Below are positions 1 to 9,649 of a stretch of DNA of 64,000 nt, piece after piece. The position numbers and the translations under genes were made by a program. Below the pieces are notes generated by a model, which saw only the letters and a list, made by a program, of their open reading frames with translations, did not search any database and was not told the DNA's origin. Position 1 is the stretch's first letter. Each line of letters begins with the position of its first letter. Source of the DNA: Azolla caroliniana (lineage: Eukaryota > Plantae > Polypodiophyta); the NCBI GenBank assembly GCA_043228905.1, contig JBHGNT010000011.1, positions 9,176,001 to 9,240,000 of the forward strand, in the 5' to 3' direction.

Positions 1-778
1 GTACGTATTATACCTCAATGTTGTTCAGTCAAATATCATGTACATTTGTCCAATACGGTATTTAACGTATTTATAAAAAACCAAGTATAATACATATTTA
101 TAAAGAAAATATAAGTAAAACCCTAACAAAAAACAAAAGAAAAAAAAAGATTTTAGTGAAAAAGAAGCCAAAGGAAGGAAGAAAGAAGAATATAAGAGAT
201 GACGATTAAGAAGATGAACAAGAAGAAGAAGACGAGAGAAAAGAAGACATAAACCTGTCCTGAGTGTGATAATCACAGTAGATAGAAGAAGAAGAAGAAG
301 AAGAAGAAGAAAACGAAGAAAAGAGATACCTATCATGAGTATGATAATCATAGACGATTACTCAATCTATGAAGGCATAATTGTAAATAACTACAATTTG
401 AAGTAGAACATCGTGATACACACTTACACTGATTTATAGGATAAGGGAATGTTGACATCCATATTACTACAAGTATTTTAGGATGTGAAATGTTCAAATG
501 TCTTATATGCATTTTAGGATATAGAACTATATTGTACATCACAAAATTGTGTAAACATAGATGTTTTTTACAATATTATAGATATTTTTTAGAAAGGTAA
601 ATAATTTTCAAATTCTAGAAGTATTTAATGTACTATACGTAAAATACGTATTTTATAAGTACTTAACATATTAAGAAAACGTATTTAGCATATTTTTTAA
701 TTGGGAGATACTATACGGGTATTAATACGTTAAATACGTATGGTATCCATACCGTACCTAACGTACCTAACAACCTTG
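1..778. mobile_element. Probable end of a non-autonomous DNA transposon (hAT-like), truncated by the window edge
   Basis: AT-rich sequence with clustered TACGT/ATACG short repeats ending in ...CGTACCTAACAACCTTG, plus a (GAA)n tract at about 165-320. The partner end is not in the window. Confidence 0.3.
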
Positions 779-1806
779 ATCCCACATGCACAAAAAACTT
801 TTATAAACATAAAGTATTGACATGATCAAATGGGCATGGGTTAAACTCAAAACAAACAAATATTTCTCTTTCTAATAGAGAATATATTGTGCTTCTCCCA
901 CCTCTGTGCCCTAAACCGAACTTTTGGAGTTGGGGAAGGTTATCTATTATTACACAAATTTTCCTATCTTGCAAACTACACAAAAATTAAAGTTTCTATA
1001 ACTACATGTAGATTGATAGATTCAACTTGATCCTCGAGTCAAAATGTTAATAACCATGAGATGATTGTGACTAGTTGATTCCTTAATCATAAACAAAATG
1101 CCATGAAATAATCATGAGATCTTCTTTGGTGTTGGGAAAGGAACTATAGTCACATATATTCTTTGATTACTAAGATTGGGAGGAGTTTGAGATAGAAAAG
1201 ATCCTAGAGTGATTGGTCCCTGTTAAGAAATCAAGCTCAACTTAGTTTAGTTAGTTAGTCAACCATGTAACTTCGTAGTTACCTAGATAGAATCTAGTTA
1301 GAAGTGTTGACTATAACGCCTTAAATAGGACCTTGTACTTAAGTGGGATATTCTCGATCCTCCACTCCTAAGTACATTTAATATAGGACTTACACATTAG
1401 TACCTATATTCTACTCACACATGTGCACCTTTGCACATGAGATGTATATATACCTCATTGTGGGTATTTTTGTATTTGATGATGATAATGTTAATTTAAT
1501 ATACTTACTCATCCCTCATCTTGTGTTGTTCATAAGTGTATCTCTCTCTCTCTCTCTCTCTCTCTCTTCCTCTCACACACATACACACACATATCACATA
1601 AATCTTCCGCTTATCAACTAATCACATAATTAGGTACTAATTAAGAAGAATGAGGTAGAAAAGATCCTAGAATCTTGATGGTAGCTTCATTATCTAATGT
1701 TGTAGAAGGGTTTCTCATTGTCCAAAGACAACCAACTCTGTCGTCTGCTACATATAGTCTAAGATTTTCACCATTGTTATCCCTACAAATCTGATTATTC
1801 TAGAAG

Positions 1807-2236
1807 TTTCATGAACAATACTAAGACAGAGAAGGACTTAGTACTAAAAGAAGTATTAGTACTAAGAGAGGTGAAGAACTCTCGAGAGAAGGAAAGAGTG
1901 AGTGAGAGGGAGGGAGAGAGAGATCGAGAGAGAGAGAGAGTGATGATAAGAAAAGATATATATTATGTGAAGAAAATGTACAGTAACTAGGAGGCTTAAG
2001 ACTGGCGTTGAACCGATTTGGTTCGAAATAATGCCTTATGCCTCCTTTTATAGTGTTCTAAGGAATACTACTAAAGTTTCTAGAATGTTCCAGAGAAATC
2101 TGGAATATACATCAATTTTCTATAATAAAACATAAATGAAAATAATATTTTACGTATTACAATGTATAATCTAATGGTCAAGAGCTCGACCCATGTAGCA
2201 TAAGGTCATGGGTTCGAGTCTTGCCATATCATGACA
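1807..2236 (-). repeat. 3' LTR of chromovirus copy 1
   Basis: Direct repeat of 5799-6212. Left terminus mutated from TG to TT, right terminus ...CATGACA. Adjacent to the PPT. Confidence 0.92.
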
Positions 2237-2249
2237 CTATCCCCCCTTT

Positions 2250-4586
2250 AAAACGACGAGTGTAACGAATCGTTTTGGATTGAGGACCCGGTTTGTCTGG
2301 ATATTGACGATGGAAGTCTTCAAGAAGAGCACGAGCATTGGTGACATTCTCTATCGGTTCCCAAGTACGCTCGCTGGGACTATATCCTAGCCAATCGACT
2401 AGATAGTAGAGCTTGTTGCGAACAAACTTGGAATCAAGGATGGTGGCAACCTCGTTCTCAGGTCCATCTTCAAGCTCGATCAGGGGTGGAGGCTATGTAA
2501 TACGGCCTAGGATGGTGCTCTCTTAATAGGGTTCGAGGAGAGAACTATGAAACACCGGATGTATCCGAAGTTGTGGAGGTAGATCAAGACGAAAAGCGAC
2601 ATCATTAATCTTTCCTATAATACGGAAAGGACCTAATCAGCGATAATCCAACTTCTCGCATGGGCGAGTAGTCTTGATGTGTCGTCGGAGTAGCCATACC
2701 CGATCTCCAATGTTAAAACTAGATGGGAGTCGATGACGATCCGCATAAACCTTGTGTGTTTGTTGAGCTTGTTGGAGATGAGTAGACAAATCCGCTTATA
2801 TCTTGCGTAACCTCTCCAAACGATCCTCTGCGCAAGGATTTGTGGACACCTCTAGGGTTTCAAGTACACACCACCGGGGGTGACATCCCGTATAAGCGTA
2901 AAATGGCGTAACTTTCGTGGATGCGTGGATAGAGTTGTTATAGGCAAATTCGGCGAAGTGGAGAATATATGCCCAGTCATCCTGATGATAGCTGAGAAAG
3001 CACTGCAGATACTACTCCAACGTTTGATTGGTTCGTTCGGCTTGGCCGTCGGTTTGTGGGTGGTAGCCGGAGGAGAGGTTACAACTGACCTTGAGCATGT
3101 TAAAAAGGTGCTTCCAGAATTTTGACACGAACTGGGGTCCACAGTCGCTGATGATACTATCGGGAAGTCCATGATGCCGACATACTTCATGCATGACAAT
3201 TTCGGCAGTGTCTTCACTGGAGATCTCCTTAGTACATGGCAAGAAATGAGCCATCTTCGTATATCGATCGACCACCGTTAGAATCGCATTGAACCCCTTA
3301 GAGACTGGAAGATCTGTGATGAAGTCTAGAGCAATGGACTGCCACGGCTTGCTTGGAATTGGTAATGGTTCTAATAAACCATATGGATGATGCGTTGGCA
3401 TTTTCGCTCTGCAGCATGTATCACAAGTCCAAACAAAATCCTCGACAAATTGTCGCATATAGGGCCACCAGAATGATCGTTGTACTAAATGTAGTGTTTT
3501 AGTACTACCAAAATGCCCAGTTGTATATGTGTCATGACAGTTTTGTACTACTTGAAGGCGGCAAGAACCATTAGGAACATACAAAAGTTCTTTAAAGAAG
3601 AGTAATCCATCATGGTATTTGAATTGCCGATAGTCCGTACCTGGTGGTTGCGACTGTGAACACGACGCTCGAGAGGGATCAATTTGTGCTAGTATAGCTT
3701 GGGCGAACGCATCTGTCTTCAAGTCTTCGCGTATGGTATCGATAACGCGGGAATCCATGGGCATGTCAAAGATTTGTGTTGCTTGTAGTCATGCCGGTCC
3801 CAAGATGACTTGTTTTTGGTTATCGAAAGCTGGCTCGCCGGGATGGGGTGCTAGATACGAACGTCGTGATAATGCATCTGCCTTCCCTTGGTGCTTCCCC
3901 GGACGATATGTAATTTTGAAGTCGAAACGCGTGAGGAAGTGGGCCCACCGAGCTTGACGTCGATTCAACACACGAGCATCCTGAAAGTAGGCAAGGTTCT
4001 TGTGGTCACTAAATACGGTGACGGGATGAGAGGATCCCTCCAGAAAATGCCTCCATTGCATAAAAGAATCCACTATTGCCAATAGCTCCTTATCATGAAT
4101 TTCGTAGTTGATTTCGGCGACGTCAAACTTGCGTGAGTGAAAAGCCACAGGATGTAGCTTCTCATCATTCCCCTGTTGTGACAGAATGCTCCCCAATGCA
4201 AAATCCGATGCGTCAGCTTCGATAATGAATGGTTTTTCCGGATCGACATGAGCTAGAATTGGAGCCGAGGTAAATGCCTTTTTAAGACTCTCGAAAGCCA
4301 CATCCATTTCTTCAGACTAGATGAACGGTTGTCCCTTCCTGGTAAGTTGTGTGAGAGGTAGAACGATCTTTGAGTAATCTTGTATGAACTTCCGGTAAAA
4401 ATTGGCAAAGCCTAGGAAGCATTGCACATCCCGCACCGAACGTGGAGTTTGCCATTCTACCACCGTTTTGACCTTAGCTGGGTCCATGGAGATGCCTTCT
4501 GACGAAATGATGTAGCCGAGAAATTCCACTTGGTTGCATCCGAAACTACATTTTTCCAGCTTTGCATACAGACCATGTTCTCGAAG
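2250..4586 (-). pseudogene. Degraded RT / RNase H / integrase / chromodomain of chromovirus copy 1
   Basis: ORFs 4317-4529, 3789-4307 and 3012-3764 are consecutive pol pieces separated by stops. Confidence 0.9.
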
Positions 4587-5723
4587 TCATTTTAGTACTA
4601 ATAGTACATGAGAATCATGTTCTTCTTGGGTATTTGAATAAACCAGTAGATCATCCAAATAGATGATCAAACAATCATCCAAAAGATCTCGGAATATATC
4701 ATTAGCCATGTGCTGGAAGACTGTCGGTGCATTAGTGAGGCCGAACGGCATGACCGTATACTCGAAATGCCCATATCTGGTGCGAAACGCGGTCTTCCAT
4801 TCGTCTCCTGGTCGGATCCGTATGAGGTTATATGCTCCCCGTAAGTCAATCTTCATCGGAGTCGGAGTATTCGCTGGAGGCACATTATATGACTCCCTCG
4901 GAAAAGGTCTTGCTACCACTGATGCATAGGTGGGCTCTGATCTTGCCCTCGGCATCTGTAGCTGTCGTTTCGAACGTCGCTCAAAGAGGCGGTTGTCACA
5001 TCTCACTGCGCGACTGATTGCTTCTGTTAAGGACTTTGGCTCTTCGGGGAAGGTCAAGAGTAAATCCTTGACATCGTTGCGTAAACCATAACGGAATTGC
5101 TCCATCAACACTTGATCATCCCAAGGGATATCGACGGCGAGTAGGTGAAAATTTGCAGTGTATGCGGAGGTTGGACGGTCACCTTGGCGTAATCGCCGAA
5201 TTTTGTTGATTGCGGTCCTGATGTTGTCAGTATCTCCGAAACATGTTTTAAACTCACCTAGAAACTCTTCAAAATTGTTGAGTAACGGAGATTCCTTTTC
5301 TAATAGTGGAGTGAACCATGCCAACGCCGAGCCATTTAACAAAGTGCCTACTAAACCCACTCGTGATGCATCGGTGGGATACCAGGAAGGATGCATTTGA
5401 ATAACTAATCGTACCTGGTTAAGGAACCCTCTAAACTGCGATCGCGTTCCATCGAACTTCGTGGGAAGGCCAATCTTGGGTTCTTTATGAATCCCTTGTG
5501 TTCCGGGCCCTTGTTGTTGCATCGCTACGATGGTTGCTTCGAGTTGTTGCACGTGTAACGCAAGTTCCCCATGCTGTTGTTGCGTTTGCTGCTTTTCTAA
5601 GGAGATTTGCTGAAGATCCCCCAGCAACCGTTGGTTTTCTTGTTCCAAAGCATGGAACTTCTCTTTCAAGCATTGAAATTCTGAGAAAACAGATTGATAT
5701 TCTTCAACGCTAATAGTGGCCAT
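4587..5723 (-). pseudogene. Gag fused in frame to a partial RT (protease and zinc knuckle deleted)
   Basis: Gag motifs ([28 protein letters not shown]) join directly to [11 protein letters not shown]...[10 protein letters not shown]...YLDD. Premature stop at 4587-4589. Confidence 0.85.
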
Positions 5724-5798
5724 GGGATGAAAGAAAAGAGGAATAAGAGATTAGTAGGAAATGAGAGAGACAGAAGGTAGGGCAAAATCGGTTCAAAC

Positions 5799-6212
5799 TG
5801 TCAGGAACAGTACTAAGACAGAGAAGGACTTAGTACTAAAAGAAGTATTAGTACTAAGAGAGGTGAAGAACTCTCGAGAGAAGGAAAGAGTGAGTGAGAG
5901 GGAGGGAGAGAGAGAGTGATGATAAGAAAAGATATATATTATGTGAAGAAAATGTACAGTAACTAGGAGGCTTAAGACTGGCGTTGAACCGATTTGGTTC
6001 GAAATAATGCCTTGTGCCTCCTTTTATAGTGTTCTAAGGAATACTACTAAAGTTTCTAGAATGTTCTAGAGAAATCTGGAATATACATCAATTTTCTATA
6101 ATAAAACATAAATGAAAATAATATTCTATGTATTACAATGTATAATCTAATGGTTAAGAGCTCGACCCATGTAGCATAAGGTCATGGGTTCGAGTCTTGC
6201 CATATCATGACA
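5799..6212 (-). repeat. 5' LTR of chromovirus copy 1
   Basis: TGTCAGG...CATGACA termini. Minus-strand TATAAAA at 6028-6022. Confidence 0.93.
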
Positions 6213-6565
6213 AGAAGTCGATAATAAAAGAGGTGATAATGTGATGCAAGAAAATACTTTAAATGTAAGTCTAGCTTTATTAACACATTGTATGGTTCTA
6301 GTTGATGTTATGACAATGGTCACAATGTGACCTATATGCATCGAAAGTTCATAGGTGGCATGTTTTGCATAGAGAGCTCCGAGGGGGCACACATTCATGG
6401 CCTACCTTTTGCTTGCTTGGTTGTACATAAAGGGGCTTTCCACTCTAGTCGTCATCAAGAAGATAAACACTACGTATTGGGTGTATTTAATTCTACTTAA
6501 ATCTACTCCTATCTTTCTTGTCATTGCTATTGTTCTCCTTTTGCATCTTTTATAGGTTCTATTAG

Positions 6566-8730
6566 TTGTTTGCCTTGCAAATTTGCACATTGGACATTGT
6601 TTTAACATCCATAAGACTTAACCACACTAATCACTCTCAATATTTGGAACTCTACCATATGCTCATGAGTAGTGATTGCACCATTGCGTGGAAGAGACTA
6701 CGGGAACCAAGGCCAGAAACACCCATCGAGGATCCCAACACTTGGCACACATATACAGAGAAACTTTACCAAGTCCCAAACCAACCACCCATTCCAATGC
6801 CTTCTACATCCCGACCTACCATTGGGACACTTTTCACGACCTCTAGGGTCACAAAGGTCATAAAGAAATTACAGCATAGGAAGTTCATGGACCACACAAC
6901 ATTGCGAGTAGAACACATCATATATGCGCAAGAGTGCCTAGCTCCCTTTCTCACTCTAATATTCAATCGTGCCCTTGCTGAGGGTTTTCCACCACAATGG
7001 ACTATGAACATAGTGGCCCCCATACATAAAGGAGGAGACGTCATGGACCCAAATACATATAGGACCATTATGATAGGTCATACACTCGCCAAATTATATG
7101 TTGTAGTATTGGAAGCAGAGCATAGCAATTATATGGAGACCTTAAATCTTCGAGCACCTGAACAGGCTAGCTTTAGATGAGCCTTCACTACTATTGATAA
7201 TATTTTCACACTTAGATACTTAATTGACCACACAAAGGCTCGCAAGAAGAAATTATATTGTTGTTTTGTGGACTTCCACAAAGCCTTTGGCACAATCCCT
7301 AGAGAACGGTTGTTTTATAGGCTTAACGGCTTGAAGATACCAAATAACATGATTTGGGCCATCTATGCACTATATGAGCAAGTATTCGAATGTGTATGAT
7401 GCCCAGGTAGCGTATCCAACTGCTTCACTAATACTATTGGTGTAAAACAAGGTTGCCTCCTATCATCGACTCTTTTTGGTATCTACATTGATGAGATCAC
7501 GAATTTTATTGCTTGTAAGGGAGGCAACGGAGTAGTCCTTGGGGGTACACATGTTCGTATCTTGCTCTATGTAGACGACATAGTTATCCTCTTTGAGTCT
7601 GAACATGACCTATAAAGGCACCCTTAATGTCGTAGATGAGTTTTGCACACAACGAGGATTGGTAGTGAACCTAGGGAAAACTAAAGTCCTTAGCTTCTAC
7701 ACATCGGCTCAAGTTAGAACTAAGTGTCACCTAACCATCTCCCATAGCCCAGTTGAGGTAGTTGGATCATATGTATATCTCGGAGTCACTTTTAGTGCCC
7801 ACTTAGTTAATTTTTCTATGACATAGGCAACGAAGGATAGACTTACAAGAGGACATGCATCCTTTTCACTCTTAGAGAGACAATGCCACTTGACATACTT
7901 TTAAGATCCATAGACTAAGGGGTGGCTCTTCGACTCATTAATGACCCCCTCCCTCAGTGGTTTGGGCTTGAGGGCTACCATCTTTCATGTGGATGCAATT
8001 AGAGAGACCATTGGTGATGATGTTATCACATCAACTCCGAAGCAAATCGACAGTACCACATGACATTATTAGAGCTAAGTTCACCTTACCCCCGATGTTA
8101 GTAGAAACACTTTTTCAAATTGTAGTCTTTATTCATAGGATACGTAGCCAACCACATGATAAGATATCTCATTGACAAGCTTTTGAGGCATCTCGATCTC
8201 TATATGAGTCCGGTTATACTAGCTCATGGTATGACATGATGGTGAGTTGGCTTCTTGCAAATGGTCTTAGACATTAATACCTCCCCTTAGGTACAACCAC
8301 ACAATTGATAACACTTTAATCTCTCATGAGGATTGTAAATTTTCACTAGGTATAAATGGATCACCCCATTAGAGCCACTCCCATCTAAAATGTTGTACTA
8401 TAAGGAACACTTCATGCACTTCTCTAAGTTAGGTTTCATTACACGACAAAAATATCTAGATGCATTCTTTCCAAATGCACTAAGGTTTACCATTGGGCAA
8501 CTTAGAATATCATCTCACCAACTTGAGATTGAGAATGGTCGTGCTAAAGGAGTCCTTAGAGAGGAAAGGATATGTAGATTATGTCACATAGAGATAGAGG
8601 ATGAGTACCACTTTACATGCAAGTGTCCAACTTACGCCGAGATAAGGGCAAAATACCGAGACATACTCGGTTCCTCACCCACCCTCCCCAAACTATTAGA
8701 TACTCTCGATATAAAGAATCGATGATTGGG
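6566..8730 (+). mobile_element. 5'-truncated, degraded non-LTR retrotransposon (LINE) ORF2: RT plus C-terminal Zn-finger, RTEX-like
   Basis: Motifs APIHKGGDVMDPNTYRTI, EQASFR, FVDFHKAF, GVKQGC, LLYVDDIV, YVYLG. C-terminal LRISSHQLEIENGR...ERICRLC...EDEYHF..KCPTY. Multiple stops. The clade label is from motif memory only. Confidence 0.85.
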
Positions 8731-9024
8731 TAGACACCCTATTTTATTGTACACCAATTGTCTCATGGGCCAAAATTTGGCCTTAGAAGACATTAATATA
8801 TCTTCCTTCCTTTCTTTCTCGGGCAAAGGATAAGAGATGAACATAAAATAAATTTGAATTTTACTTTACGTTATCCCTTGGATGTTGATATAAACAAAAT
8901 TCAAATGAAGAGAGCTTTGCCTCATCGATAGAGTTTCAACAACGTTTAAAGACATTGTTCGTAATGAAGAGGGTTTATAATGAAGGGGTAGCTAGTCCCC
9001 TTTATTGAGAGTAGCCCATGACGT

Positions 9025-9130
9025 TTAACGATTCGGTTTAACGGTTTCGTGGTTCAGTTCGATTTGGTTCAGGTTAATTTTTTTTTAAATGGTTCGGTTT
9101 GGACCCTCTCGAACCGAACCGAACCGTTAC
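9025..9130. repeat. GGTTC/GAACC-rich short inverted-repeat region (possible MITE remnant)
   Basis: GGTTCGGTTT...GAACCGAACCGAACCG. No clear TIR or TSD. Confidence 0.35.
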
Positions 9131-9607
9131 AGATTGTTAATTATGCTTTTAAGTTAGGGACTCCAATTGCTAAGGACACCATCGATTTGAAAGTCGCGAT
9201 GATTGGGCATAGGTTGCACGATCCAATTTCTAAACCTCTGTAGACATCAAAGTCTTACGATTAAGTTATGAGTTTGATCGAATACGTGCATGATAGGTGG
9301 GTGTGTACATATATATGTATTATCAATATGTATGTATGTAGACGACACCCTCCCCCCCCCCCCCCCATGCATGCATGGTGAGAGTGGGAGAGGAAGAGGG
9401 GTGTGTTTATATACATACATACATGTATGTATCCGCAGGGTTTGCATGGCACACACATAAGCAGCAGGCAGGCAGGCAAGGAAGTCATTTTTAATGAACA
9501 AAACACTCAGTTTGTTAATTTGGATCCTTAAAAATTGAAGAAGATCAGGAGGAGGAGGAGCAGGAAGAGGAAGAGGAAGATCTCCCTGCCCTGCCCCTGC
9601 ACCAAAT

Positions 9608-9649
9608 ATGGCCAGGAAGAAAGCCTCCGAGCCGGTCCCTGCCGTGAAG
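9608..9649 (+). CDS. SEC62: SEC62 coding exon 1 (MARKKASEPVPAVK)
   Basis: ATG at 9608, donor GT at 9650, phase 0 into exon 2. Basic N-terminus. Confidence 0.7.

Larger units (their letters stand above)
1807..6212 (-). mobile_element. Ty3/Gypsy chromovirus copy 1 (Tf1/sushi/Tcn1-like), internally deleted
   Basis: LTRs 1807-2236 and 5799-6212. TSD AGAAG at 1802-1806 and 6213-6217. PPT at about 2237-2250 (minus strand TAAAGGGGGGATAG). Gag, RT (YLDD), RNase H (EADASDFALG) and integrase (H-H-C-C, DFITDLP, GQAER) ORF fragments, with a chromodomain remnant near 2290-2460. Confidence 0.95.

Noticed and set aside
25-351. Hydrophobic 108-aa ORF as a membrane protein
   Set aside because: It is the translation of the reverse complement of a (GAA)n/A-rich low-complexity tract.
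1130-1620. Possible old solo LTR (TG start, TATA-like tract, CT/CA repeats, CTTCCGC near the end)
   Set aside because: No TSD or second copy found.
9350-9380. Poly-C run and CATGCATG RY motif upstream of SEC62 as regulatory elements
   Set aside because: They lie in simple-sequence DNA with no independent evidence of function.
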